A stretch of DNA of 62,572 nt. Source: an uncultured Bacteroidaceae bacterium (GTDB lineage: Bacteria > Bacillota > Clostridia > Christensenellales > CAG-917). Location of the stretch: contig CAZQGE010000001.1 of NCBI GenBank assembly GCA_964592815.1, positions 1 through 62,572 on the forward strand, written 5' to 3'. Under the pieces are notes generated by a model, which ran no database searches, had not been told where the DNA came from, and saw only the letters and a list, made by a program, of their open reading frames with translations. Below, one piece after another: positions 1-9,283 of this stretch (positions are counted from its first letter, which is position 1; the number at the start of each line of letters is the position of its first letter). Position numbers and translations under genes: made by a program.

Positions 1-32
1 CATTTAATATAATAAATTACTGTAAAAGTGGG

Positions 33-746
33 ATGCGTATGAAAAAAAGTTTTTACGAAAAATACATAAAAAGAGCAATAGACATCTTTGGTTCAACCAT
101 TGGCATTTTGGTTTTATTTCCACTTATGTTTATTGTGGCGATTGTCATAACTATTGACAGCAAGGGTTCTGCGATTTTCATTCAAAACAGAGTAGGTGAA
201 AACTACAAGGTTTTCAAATGCTACAAATTCCGCTCTATGTTGCTGTCTGCCCCTCACGATATGGCAACTCGAGAAATCGAGAGCAATCAATATATGACTA
301 AAATAGGAAAATTTATACGAAAAACAAGCATAGATGAAATTCCACAGCTTTTCAACATTTTTAAGGGAGATATGTCATTCATAGGCTACCGACCTGTCAT
401 TATCACAGAGGTTCTTCTTAACGATAAACGCGCTGAACTTGGCGTGCTTAACCACAAACCAGGCATTTCTGGATATACTCAACTGCGAGGTAGAGATGAA
501 ATTGTTGATATGCAAATGAAAGCGGAAATGGATGCGGAATACTGCTCTAAAATTTCATTTTTGTTTGACTTAAAATTGTTTGGAAAATCTCTGCTTGCTC
601 CATTCAGCAGAAAAGGCATTGTTGAAGGGAAACAAGATTCTGCATCAGCACCTGTGCAGTCCAACAAAGCTACCTTGTCAAAAACTCTTGCTTACGAACT
701 TAAAAAAGATATTGCAAGCGATACTGACGAAAACCTTGGCGCATAA
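33..746 (+). CDS. Polyprenyl-phosphate sugar-1-phosphate transferase (bacterial sugar transferase family, short WbaP/EpsL-like form)
   Basis: 237 aa. One N-terminal TM helix (IFGSTIGILVLFPLMFIVAIVITI), then the conserved core SKGSAIFIQNRVGENYKVFKCYKFRSM ... DEIPQLFNIFKGDMSFIGYRP. Alternative ATG at 39. Confidence 0.85.
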   Translation: MRMKKSFYEKYIKRAIDIFGSTIGILVLFPLMFIVAIVITIDSKGSAIFIQNRVGENYKVFKCYKFRSMLLSAPHDMATREIESNQYMTKIGKFIRKTSIDEIPQLFNIFKGDMSFIGYRPVIITEVLLNDKRAELGVLNHKPGISGYTQLRGRDEIVDMQMKAEMDAEYCSKISFLFDLKLFGKSLLAPFSRKGIVEGKQDSASAPVQSNKATLSKTLAYELKKDIASDTDENLGA

Positions 747-767
747 TATAATCGTGAGAACATTTTT

Positions 768-1961
768 ATGAAAATTCTTGTCATTGGTCAATATTTTTAT
801 CCCGAACAATTTAGGATAAACGACGTTGTAAAAGCCTTAGTTGATTTTGGACACAACGTCACCGTTCTGACCGAATATCCTAATTATCCAAACGGTGATA
901 TATATGAAGGTTACGGCTTTAATATAGCTTACGAAAGCATCATTTTCGGCGCAAAAATCGTAAGACTAAAAGCGCGCCCAAGATTGACTGGCAAAATCAA
1001 TTTAGCACTCAATTATCTTTCATATTGGAAAATGGCTAACCACTGGGTAAAAAAAATTGGAAAGCAGTTTGACTTAATTTATTCTTGCCAAACCTCCCCT
1101 GTCTTTATGTGTTTGCCAGCAATTACCGCAAAAAAGAAATTTGATATTCCGTTTGTTGTCAATGTGCAAGATATGTGGCCTGAAAGTTTTATGGCGGTTA
1201 TGCACACCGACAACAAACTTATTTACAAATTTTTAGAAACCATTTCAAACCGAGTTTACAAAAATGCAGATAAACTTTTGTGTTCTTCAAAAAGTTTTAT
1301 CGACATTTTAAGGGGCAGAGGTATCAACCAAAACAAGTTGATATATTGGCCTCAATTTGCAGAAGATATAGACACAGCAAGTTATCCGTGCCCTACTGAA
1401 TTTCAAACAAAGTATAGATTTGTTTTTACGGGCAACGTAGGCGAAGCGCAAGGTCTTGACAAAATTCTTAAAACTGCAGAGTTGCTTAAAGATAACAAAG
1501 AAGTTGGATTTTATTTAATCGGCGATGGAAGTGACAAACAAAGGCTGAAAGAAATTGCAAGTGATAAGGGCTTATCCAACGTATTTTTTATTGACAAAAA
1601 GCCTATAACCATAATACCGCAATATATAAAAAATGCTAGCGCAGGCATTTTGACGCTTGCTGAAAACATTTTATCCAAAATTACCGTTCCGGCAAAATTG
1701 CAAATGTATATGGCTTGCGGCTGCCCTGTTATTTGTATGATAAAAGGCGAAGCTGGTGAAGTTGTTGACGACGCAAAATGTGGAATTGTACTCGACCAAA
1801 ACAACGCAGAGAAACTAGCAAACGCAATAACCAAATTTATTGAAAGTGATGAAAGCGTAATTGAGCTTTATAAAACAAATGGCGAAAAATATGCAAAAGA
1901 ACATTTTGACAAGCGTATGCTTTTGAATAAACTTAACGAAGAAATAGGTAAACTAAATTGA
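768..1961 (+). CDS. Glycosyltransferase, GT4 (WcaI-like)
   Basis: 397 aa. N-terminus MKILVIGQYFYPEQFRINDVVKAL is typical of WcaI-type GT4 enzymes. C-terminal GT-B half has FTGNVGEAQGLD and ACGCPVICMIKGEAGEVV. 21 nt after the priming transferase. Confidence 0.8.
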   Translation: MKILVIGQYFYPEQFRINDVVKALVDFGHNVTVLTEYPNYPNGDIYEGYGFNIAYESIIFGAKIVRLKARPRLTGKINLALNYLSYWKMANHWVKKIGKQFDLIYSCQTSPVFMCLPAITAKKKFDIPFVVNVQDMWPESFMAVMHTDNKLIYKFLETISNRVYKNADKLLCSSKSFIDILRGRGINQNKLIYWPQFAEDIDTASYPCPTEFQTKYRFVFTGNVGEAQGLDKILKTAELLKDNKEVGFYLIGDGSDKQRLKEIASDKGLSNVFFIDKKPITIIPQYIKNASAGILTLAENILSKITVPAKLQMYMACGCPVICMIKGEAGEVVDDAKCGIVLDQNNAEKLANAITKFIESDESVIELYKTNGEKYAKEHFDKRMLLNKLNEEIGKLN

Positions 1962-3172
1962 AAGTTCTGTTTGTAAACGGTGTGTGCGGGAACGGTAGCA
2001 CAGGAAAAATTGTCGAACAACTTGCTGACGAAGTCATAAAAAACGGCGGCGAAAGTTTGATATGTTTCGGAAGAAAAAGTTATTTAGGTGAAATTCCGTC
2101 ATATAAATTTTGCACAAAAACTGAAAACCGAATAAACGGTGTTATGCAAAGGCTTTTTGACAACGAAGGATTAGGACTTAAAACACCAACTTATATGTTA
2201 ATCAAAATAATCAAAGAATTTTGCCCCGATGTCATTCACTTGCACAATTTACACGGATATTATTTGAATTATAAAACGCTTTTTAAGTTTTTGAAAAACA
2301 GTTCAATCAAGGTTGTTTGGACGTTGCACGACTGCTGGACGTTTACAGGGCATTGCACTCATTTTGAGTTTATAAACTGTTACAAATGGAAAACGGAATG
2401 CAACCATTGCCCCAACAAAAAGCAATATCCAAAAAGCATATTCATTGACAATTCAAAAAACAATTTCACAACAAAAAAAGAATGTTTTAGCTCATTACAA
2501 CAAAACCAAATGACTATTATAAGCCCAAGCAAGTGGCTAGATAATTTGGTTGGTCAATCTTTTCTAAAAAAATATAACCACGCTGTCATAAACAACGGCA
2601 TTGACCTTAAGAATTTTTATCCAGTTGATTTTCACAGTTTTGACGACATAATTGACAGAACAAAAAAGATAGTTTTGGCAGTTGCAAACAAGTGGGAAGA
2701 AAGAAAAGGCTTTAATGACGTAATTGAAATTGGAAACCGACTTCCAGACAATTATCAAGTTGTGATTGTTGGTGTAAATGACAAACAAATGTTAAAACTT
2801 GAAAACAGCAAGTTTGTTGGTATAAAAAGAACAGAAAACCAAACTCAACTTGCCGAATTATATTCTCTGTCGTCTGTTTTTATAAACACCACGTATGAAG
2901 ACAATTTCCCAACGGTAAACTTGGAAGCATTGGCGTGCGGTTGCCCCGTGATTACTTACAAAACTGGCGGAAGTGTTGAAGTTGTAAAAGAAGAAAACGG
3001 CAAAGTCGTTGAACAAGGCAACATTGAAGATATGCTTAATACAATATTATTCTGCTCAGAAAATGCGAACTATGACAGAAACAAAATAAGCGAACTTGCC
3101 ACGGTTGAGTTCAACAGACATACTATGTCAGAACATTACTTAGAGTGCTATAAACAACTTTTGAATTTGTAA
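1958..3172 (+). CDS. Glycosyltransferase, GT1/GT4 family
   Basis: 404 aa. TTG start overlaps the upstream TGA (1958-1961). MKVLFVNGVCGNGSTGKIV N-terminus and a C-terminal E-x7-E-like region EDNFPTVNLEALACGCPVITYKTGGSVEVV. Confidence 0.75.
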   Translation: MKVLFVNGVCGNGSTGKIVEQLADEVIKNGGESLICFGRKSYLGEIPSYKFCTKTENRINGVMQRLFDNEGLGLKTPTYMLIKIIKEFCPDVIHLHNLHGYYLNYKTLFKFLKNSSIKVVWTLHDCWTFTGHCTHFEFINCYKWKTECNHCPNKKQYPKSIFIDNSKNNFTTKKECFSSLQQNQMTIISPSKWLDNLVGQSFLKKYNHAVINNGIDLKNFYPVDFHSFDDIIDRTKKIVLAVANKWEERKGFNDVIEIGNRLPDNYQVVIVGVNDKQMLKLENSKFVGIKRTENQTQLAELYSLSSVFINTTYEDNFPTVNLEALACGCPVITYKTGGSVEVVKEENGKVVEQGNIEDMLNTILFCSENANYDRNKISELATVEFNRHTMSEHYLECYKQLLNL

Positions 3173-3258
3173 AATTCATTCTTACTTTATAAAGTTCACT
3201 TTAATTTGCAAAAAATAATTTATTGCTTGATATGCAACTAGGTTAACTTGCACAATAC

Positions 3259-3366
3259 ATCTTAGCTCAGAAAACACTTTTTGACTTAGAAAACATATTA
3301 GTTCATAAAACTCTTATAACTTAGAAAAACATCTTAACTCAGAAACACTTTTTAACTTAGAAAATG
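3259..3366. repeat. Imperfect ~36-bp direct repeat (two copies) within an array of CTTAG..AAAACA-like units
   Basis: Copy A at 3259-3296: atcttagctcagaaaacactttttgacttagaaaaca. Copy B at 3331-3366: atcttaactcagaaacactttttaacttagaaaatg. Further acttagaaaa units occur near 3318 and 3372. Lies between convergent gene ends (3172 and 3419). Confidence 0.8.
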
Positions 3367-3418
3367 TTAACGAGCTTAGATATGATTTTTTTACTTTCGT
3401 TTTAAGCAACTTAAAATT

Positions 3419-5782
3419 TTACAGGTTTCTGCTTTGCAAAAATTTGACAAGTTGTCGGGGGTCACGGCTATATGCGTCTGCGCCTATATCTTTTGCCACG
3501 TCACAAGTAAGCACCGCGCCACCAACACAAATTAAAACTTTGCTGTCAACCTTTCTTATTTCATCAATTGTACGTTGCATATTTTTTACGGTTGTAGTCA
3601 TCAATGCAGACAGTCCTACAACCTGCGGTTTTTGTTTTTTTACTGTTTCAACAACTTTTTCAACTTTTACATCGCGACCTAAGTCTATAATTTCATATCC
3701 ATAATTTTGCAAAACGGTTTTGACAATATTTTTTCCTATGTCATGTACGTCGCCCTCAACAGTCGCAAGCACAATTTTAGCTTTTTCCTTGGATTGCTCA
3801 GCAGGCATACTTTGCTTTATTATGTCACAAACGCTTTTTGCAATTTCTGCCGAACTGATAAGTTGTGGCAAAAACAACGTTCCTTTTTCATATTGTTCGC
3901 CTATATAATCAAGTGCGGGAATAATTTCGCTGTCAATAATTTCCAAACCATCTTTTTCAGTTAGCATTTGTCGTGTTTTTTCTTCGGATTCACATTTTAG
4001 GTTTGAAATTATGCTATCTTTCAAACTAGAGGTGCTGTTTGCAACAACTTTGTTCGATATGCTCTCTTTCCCAGAAAAGTGCTTAATAAAACTCTCGCCG
4101 CTTGCATCATAACCGTACAAGAGATTGAATGCCATAAAACTTTGTTTAATTGAGTCCAAATTCGGGTTTACAATTGCAAGGTCCAACCCGTTTGAAAGTG
4201 CCAAAGTCAAAAACGACGAATTTACAATTTGCCTTTCAGGCAATCCAAAAGAAATGTTTGAAATCCCTAAAACAGTTTTGACGTTATAAAGTTTTTTAAT
4301 TTCACGCATTGCCAAAAGTGTATTTTGCGCTTGCGCTTGTTCTGCGCCAACTGTCAAAGTTAAACAATCAATAATCAAGTCTTGTTCTTTAAGTCCAAAT
4401 TTCTTTGCCGTTTCAACAATTCTTTTTGCAATTTCAAGTCGTTTTTCAACAGTCTTTGGAACGCCGTTTCTGTCAAGCGTAAGCCCTACGACCAATGCGC
4501 CGTATTTTTTTGCCAACGGAAAAATTCTTTCCATAATTTCTTTATCGCCATTGACAGAATTTACAATAGCCTTCCCGTTGACATATCTCAAACCTGCTTC
4601 GACAGCATTGAAGTCAGAACTGTCAATTTGAAGTGGGCAATCTTGAACTGCTTGAACGCTTTTGACTGCAAGCGTAACCATTTCGGCTTCGTTTATATTT
4701 GGAATACCCATATTTATATCCAAAATATCCGCGCCAGCTTGTGTCTGTTCAACTGCTTGTTGTTGAAAATAAGACGTATCTTTGTCGGCAATAGCTTTCT
4801 TCATAATTGCTTTGCCTGTTGGGTTTATTCTTTCTCCAATAATTTTTGGACTGTTAAGTTCAACACATTTTGTTCCGCTTGCAACCCAAACTTTATTTTT
4901 CTTTGAAACTTCAATCGGCTTAACGTCTTCCAATTTTTTTGCTAATTTTGATATGTATTCATCAGTTGTTCCGCAACAGCCACCTAATATTGAAACGCCT
5001 CTTTTTGCAAATTCAGCCATATCATTTGCAAACTCAACCGCTCCAACGTTAAAAGCGGATACGCCGTTGCGAATTATTGGCAAACCAGCATTTGGTTTTA
5101 CAACAACTGGCAATGACGATGCCTCAAGCAATCTATCAACAACATTTTTCAACTGCTTTGGGCCAAGCGAACAATTAAGCCCCAAGGCATCAACTTGCAT
5201 GCCTTCCATTGTTGCAATCATAGCCTCAACTGGGCAACCTGCAAACGTTCTGCCGTTTTCGTCAAAACTCATTGTAACCATAAGGGGTTTGTCAGTGTTT
5301 TCTTTTACCGCCAAAACTCCCGCTTTAAGCTCATATAAGTCGCTCATAGTTTCAATGACAAACAAGTCAACATCATCTTTTACAAGCAAAACTTGTTCCT
5401 TAAAAGCGTCATAAACTTGGTCGAAAGTCACATCGCCTAGTGGTTCAACCAATTCCCCTATACTGCCCATATCGTAGGCTATAAGCCCCTTTTTGACATT
5501 GTTAACTGCCGTTTTGGCGCATTGAACACCTTTTTCAATTGCCAAACGATATGGATAATCTTTCAATTTGAAGCGGTTTGCTCCAAACGTATTTGTGTAA
5601 ATTATATCTGCCCCTGCTTTCAAATATTTGGTATGAATTTCAACAATAGTTTCAGGTGACGTTATATTCAACATCTCGGGTTTTTCACCGATTTTCAAAC
5701 CTGCATTGATGAGCATTGTGCCCATTGCGCCGTCCAAAATTACGATTTTTTCTTTAATTATTTGGTTAAAACTCTTTGTCAT
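3419..5782 (-). CDS. metH: Cobalamin-dependent methionine synthase, core (Hcy-binding + pterin-binding + B12-binding domains; no activation domain)
   Basis: 787 aa. Hcy S-methyltransferase N-terminus (ILDGAMGTML ... GGCCGTT), a pterin-binding barrel, and a B12 cap/Rossmann region with the D-x-H-x-x-G motif (GDVHDIGKNIV). Confidence 0.9.
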   Translation of the reverse strand: MTKSFNQIIKEKIVILDGAMGTMLINAGLKIGEKPEMLNITSPETIVEIHTKYLKAGADIIYTNTFGANRFKLKDYPYRLAIEKGVQCAKTAVNNVKKGLIAYDMGSIGELVEPLGDVTFDQVYDAFKEQVLLVKDDVDLFVIETMSDLYELKAGVLAVKENTDKPLMVTMSFDENGRTFAGCPVEAMIATMEGMQVDALGLNCSLGPKQLKNVVDRLLEASSLPVVVKPNAGLPIIRNGVSAFNVGAVEFANDMAEFAKRGVSILGGCCGTTDEYISKLAKKLEDVKPIEVSKKNKVWVASGTKCVELNSPKIIGERINPTGKAIMKKAIADKDTSYFQQQAVEQTQAGADILDINMGIPNINEAEMVTLAVKSVQAVQDCPLQIDSSDFNAVEAGLRYVNGKAIVNSVNGDKEIMERIFPLAKKYGALVVGLTLDRNGVPKTVEKRLEIAKRIVETAKKFGLKEQDLIIDCLTLTVGAEQAQAQNTLLAMREIKKLYNVKTVLGISNISFGLPERQIVNSSFLTLALSNGLDLAIVNPNLDSIKQSFMAFNLLYGYDASGESFIKHFSGKESISNKVVANSTSSLKDSIISNLKCESEEKTRQMLTEKDGLEIIDSEIIPALDYIGEQYEKGTLFLPQLISSAEIAKSVCDIIKQSMPAEQSKEKAKIVLATVEGDVHDIGKNIVKTVLQNYGYEIIDLGRDVKVEKVVETVKKQKPQVVGLSALMTTTVKNMQRTIDEIRKVDSKVLICVGGAVLTCDVAKDIGADAYSRDPRQLVKFLQSRNL

Positions 5783-6441
5783 ATTTCCACCTTGTTACAT
5801 TCTACCTCGCATTTTCCTTTAAGCGAGCAATTCATACACGTATCACTTAACACTTGCTTTACTGACGATATTCCTATAAAAGCCGTTATTGATTTCAATG
5901 GCACCATCAAATTTGATTTGTTAGTCTTTATACCTATCAACTTGTCCGCTTGCAGTTTTTCAATTATTTCACTTTGCATATTAAGTGACAAATCACCGTA
6001 GCCAACGCTGTATGACATAGTAAGATATTTGTCAGAATAATTTTTTTTAATTTCCTTTTTCAAATCTTGACTGACAGCCTCTGTAAGCACACTTGCGCAA
6101 GCGTCGAAAACTGCGCTTCTTAGTACGTCACTTTGTTGATAAAATGAAATTTTTTTGTCTATCATAGCGCCCAAAGTAACCGCAATAACAGCAATCTTGT
6201 CGCAATCAATAAAAAATTTGTTGACGTCTTTGCTCACCAACTTAATGTCCAATTCTTCAAGATAATAAAAGCCGTCCACCTTAGTCACATTTGTAACAAC
6301 ACACATTCGCTTTGGCATAGCAACTTGCAAAACTTCTTCTTTTACACTTTCAAATAAAGCGCAAAACTCATCGTTAAGTTTTTTTACACCTAAATACTTT
6401 TGGACTTTTTCTATTGGAATTTCCAAATCAAAATTACTCAA
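5779..6441 (-). CDS. Stand-alone methionine synthase activation (AdoMet-binding) domain protein with C-terminal Cys cluster
   Basis: 220 aa. SVGYGDLSLNMQSEIIEKLQADKLIGIKTNKSNLMVPLKSITAFIGI resembles the MetH reactivation domain core. C-terminus is CMNCSLKGKCEVEC. 4-nt overlaps with both metF and metH. Confidence 0.75.
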   Translation of the reverse strand: MSNFDLEIPIEKVQKYLGVKKLNDEFCALFESVKEEVLQVAMPKRMCVVTNVTKVDGFYYLEELDIKLVSKDVNKFFIDCDKIAVIAVTLGAMIDKKISFYQQSDVLRSAVFDACASVLTEAVSQDLKKEIKKNYSDKYLTMSYSVGYGDLSLNMQSEIIEKLQADKLIGIKTNKSNLMVPLKSITAFIGISSVKQVLSDTCMNCSLKGKCEVECNKVEI

Positions 6442-7310
6442 AGCGTCAGCAATCCTTTTATAGCATCATTGATTTTTATTGCAACTTTTGGGTTGTTCAT
6501 TGTGTAAAGGTGAATGCCGTTTATGTCTGCGGACAGCAATTCAACAATCTGTTCAATCGAGTACGCAATTCCCGCATCAAACATAGCTTGGTCGTTGTGT
6601 CCGTATCGAGAAATCAATTTTGTAAGCCTTGACGGAAGCGTTGCCCCTGACAAAGAAATAATTTTTTCAATTTGACGTGAGTTTGTGACAGGCATAATTC
6701 CCGCTTCAACAGGCACGTCAATTCCTGCAACGTCAATCAAGTCACGAAATCTGTAAAATTCCTCATTTTCAAAAAACATTTGAGTTATAAGTTGTGATGC
6801 TCCCGCCTCAACCTTATGTTTCAGGTTTTTAATGTCTTCCTTTTGTGTTGGGCTTTCTGCGTGACCAGCAGGATAGCAAGCGGCAAGAACGTTAAAGTCA
6901 TCACCATATCCGTTTTTTATGTATTCTATAAGATCTGACGCATACTTAAAATCTCCATCTTCCGTTACGTTTTGGTTTTTATCTCCCCTAAGCGCAAGAA
7001 TATTATTGATACCCAAAGTCTTCAACTCGGCAAGCAAAAAATCAACCTCTTTTTTTTTTGCGCCCACACAAGTTAAGTGCGCAACAGGCTCTGTTTTCTT
7101 GTGTTTTTTCACCATTTCACAAAGTTCAACTGTTCGGTTGTCTTTAACGCTGCCTCCAGCTCCGTACGTTACAGATATAAAATCTGGTTTAAGCTCGCAA
7201 AGTTTGTCTACTACGTTGCTTACCGCATCAAAACTAACCGACTGTTTTGGTGGAAATATTTCAAATGAAAACAAATGATTTTTATTTTTATATAATTCTG
7301 CTAAATTCAT
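6438..7310 (-). CDS. metF: 5,10-methylenetetrahydrofolate reductase
   Basis: FSFEIFPPK ... ISVTYGAGGS ... HLTCVG ... ILALRGD are MetF signatures. I start at ATG 7310 (MNLAELY), preceded by GAGAGAG. The ORF-track start at 7340 lies inside the predicted promoter spacer. Confidence 0.9.
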   Translation of the reverse strand: MNLAELYKNKNHLFSFEIFPPKQSVSFDAVSNVVDKLCELKPDFISVTYGAGGSVKDNRTVELCEMVKKHKKTEPVAHLTCVGAKKKEVDFLLAELKTLGINNILALRGDKNQNVTEDGDFKYASDLIEYIKNGYGDDFNVLAACYPAGHAESPTQKEDIKNLKHKVEAGASQLITQMFFENEEFYRFRDLIDVAGIDVPVEAGIMPVTNSRQIEKIISLSGATLPSRLTKLISRYGHNDQAMFDAGIAYSIEQIVELLSADINGIHLYTMNNPKVAIKINDAIKGLLTL

Positions 7311-7330
7311 AATCTCTCTCCATTTAACTA

Positions 7331-7359
7331 AGTTTAGCATTTTACTTATATTTTTTCAA
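7331..7359 (-). promoter_or_regulatory. Putative sigma-A promoter of the metF/activation-domain/metH operon
   Basis: On the minus strand: TTGAAA (7359-7354), 17 nt, TAAACT (7336-7331). Leaves a leader of only about 15-20 nt before ATG 7310. Confidence 0.4.
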
Positions 7360-7428
7360 CAAAACTAAAAACTTTGCTCTATTTTTACAGTTTACGTCAC
7401 GCAAATACTTTTCTAAGACGTTATTATA

Positions 7429-7437
7429 TGTTAAAAT
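7429..7437 (+). promoter_or_regulatory. Putative extended -10 element (TGtTAAAAT) for the ABC-F gene
   Basis: TG at 7429-7430 and TAAAAT at 7432-7437. GAGGT Shine-Dalgarno follows, before ATG 7456. No good -35. Confidence 0.35.
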
Positions 7438-7455
7438 AGCCGTTGCGAGGTAAAA

Positions 7456-9000
7456 ATGAGTATTCTTACTGTCAACAAATTAACACATTCCTACGACGGC
7501 AAAACTTTGTTTGAGGACGCCAGTTTTCAAGTTAACAACAAAGAGCATATTGGCATTGTAGGTTTTAACGGAGCAGGCAAATCAACGTTTGTCAACATCA
7601 TTGCAGGTAAACTTTCACAAGATGAAGGTGAAGTTTTGTGGCAAGGTGGAACACGTTTCGGCTATCTTGACCAGCACGCAGACATAGACCGTAACCAAAC
7701 TGTTATGGACTATTTGTTGTTGTCTTTCGACCACCTTAAACAAATGGAAGAAAGAATGAACCAACTTTATGAAGATATGGCGACAATGGAAGATATGGAT
7801 GAAATTGAGAAAGCCGTAAATATAACTGCATCAATTCAAGAACATTTGACTGACTCTGGATATTATGAAGCCGAATCAACCGTAAAAAAAGTTGCAAACG
7901 GTCTTGGTTTGAACAATATCGGCTATGAAAACAGAATTTCTACTCTGAGTGGCGGACAACGCGCCAAGGTTATGCTTGCAAAACTACTTATTGACGACTA
8001 CGACATAATTATGCTTGACGAGCCAACAAACTTTTTGGACCTTGAACACGTTGAATGGCTTGCGAAATATCTTGAAACGTATCAAGGCACGTTTTTGCTT
8101 GTCTCGCACGACATAGCGTTTTTGAACCGTGTAACAAATTTTATTTTAAGCATAGAAAACCACGAAATAAAGAAATATGCGGGCAATTATGACGCATTTT
8201 TAGTTGCGCACGAAAATAATCAAAAACAATATGAAGAAGCATACATACGCCAACAGCGTGACATCAAAAAGATGGAAGACTACATTGCCAAAAACAAAGC
8301 GCGCGCTGCAACAGCTGGTATGGCAAACAGCCGAAAAAAAATGCTTGACAGAATTGACGTAATGGCAAAACCCGTAACTGTCTTACCCTCAGAATTTAGT
8401 TTTCAATGCGACTCACTTGTCACAAAAGATATGTTGGACGTAAACAACTTGGAAATAGGCTATGGTTCTGCCCTACTTCCCCCTTTGAATATGCACATTG
8501 GTGGGAACGACAAAATTTGGGTTAGAGGCACAAACGGAATTGGTAAAACTACGTTTGTCAAAACGCTTATGCGTGTACTCCCAAAAATTAGCGGACGTTT
8601 TGTGTTCAACATAAATTCAAAAATAGGTTATTTGGAACAAGATTTTGCTTTTAGCAACTTATACGGTTCAGCTAGCGACTTCATAAGTGAAGTTTATCCA
8701 AAAATGTCACAAAAAGAAATACGTTCACTTCTGGCAAGCGTTGGACTAAAAGGAGAACTTGCCACAAAAGCGTTACAAAATCTTTCTGGTGGAGAACAAG
8801 TCCGTGCCAAAATTGCTGCATTGGAGAAAAAAACAACAAACATTTTGATTTTGGACGAACCAACAAACCACTTGGACGTTGCAGCAAAAGCCGAACTATT
8901 GAAAGCTCTTAAAGCATATGAAGGGGCAATAATTTTGGTATCGCACGAAATTGATTTTGCATCTGAGCTTTGCAACAAAGTCTTTGACGTAAAAGAATGA
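7456..9000 (+). CDS. ABC-F family ATPase (two NBDs, no TM domain; translation factor / possible ribosome protection type)
   Basis: 514 aa. Two Walker A motifs (GFNGAGKST, GTNGIGKTT), two LSGG signatures (LSGGQRAKV, LSGGEQVRA), Walker B motifs IMLDEPTN and LILDEPTN, and a charged inter-domain linker. Confidence 0.9.
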   Translation: MSILTVNKLTHSYDGKTLFEDASFQVNNKEHIGIVGFNGAGKSTFVNIIAGKLSQDEGEVLWQGGTRFGYLDQHADIDRNQTVMDYLLLSFDHLKQMEERMNQLYEDMATMEDMDEIEKAVNITASIQEHLTDSGYYEAESTVKKVANGLGLNNIGYENRISTLSGGQRAKVMLAKLLIDDYDIIMLDEPTNFLDLEHVEWLAKYLETYQGTFLLVSHDIAFLNRVTNFILSIENHEIKKYAGNYDAFLVAHENNQKQYEEAYIRQQRDIKKMEDYIAKNKARAATAGMANSRKKMLDRIDVMAKPVTVLPSEFSFQCDSLVTKDMLDVNNLEIGYGSALLPPLNMHIGGNDKIWVRGTNGIGKTTFVKTLMRVLPKISGRFVFNINSKIGYLEQDFAFSNLYGSASDFISEVYPKMSQKEIRSLLASVGLKGELATKALQNLSGGEQVRAKIAALEKKTTNILILDEPTNHLDVAAKAELLKALKAYEGAIILVSHEIDFASELCNKVFDVKE

Positions 9001-9055
9001 TAAATTGTGTTTGCTTAACCAAAAAACAATAATATTTAGTTTGTATAACCAAATG

Positions 9056-9087
9056 AAAAAACCGTCAAAAGACGGTTTTTTATTTTC
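9056..9087 (+). terminator. Rho-independent terminator of the ABC-F gene
   Basis: aaaaaaccgtc / aaaa / gacgg followed by a T-run (tttttt a tttt). Confidence 0.7.
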
Positions 9088-9242
9088 TTTCTTGTTATTT
9101 TTTTATACTTTAATTTTCAAATTCAACTAATTTTTTATTTTGATTAGCGTTACTTTTATTTCTTAATTTTTGTTACAAGATTTTAATATACGTCTGTTTA
9201 TTGCGTATATTTCAACTATTTAGCATATTTATAGTCATCTAT

Positions 9243-9280
9243 TTTTGCATACAAAATTTATCTGTTTTGCATACAAAATT
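9243..9280. repeat. 16-bp perfect direct repeat TTTTGCATACAAAATT, two copies 22 bp apart
   Basis: Copies at 9243-9258 and 9265-9280, immediately 3' of the TetR-fusion stop codon (9284-9286). Confidence 0.85.
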
Positions 9281-9283
9281 CAC

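Noticed and set aside
3444-5414. Several long plus-strand ORFs (86-210 aa) antisense to metH. Similar antisense ORFs lie inside the Fe-S flavoprotein gene (10911-12881), dnaE (16383-18373), the V-ATPase genes and the giant adhesin gene.
   Set aside because: They lie fully inside well-supported conserved genes on the opposite strand. They have no SD sites. Their products are low-complexity S/F/L/I-rich strings typical of mirror-frame translation.
7311-7455. Looked for an S-box/SAM riboswitch upstream of metF, a T-box upstream of trpS and thrC (29814-29826, 31312-31795), and a cobalamin riboswitch near metH.
   Set aside because: The available non-coding stretches (145, 13 and 47-59 nt) are too short. 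They show none of the conserved helices that I can recognise.
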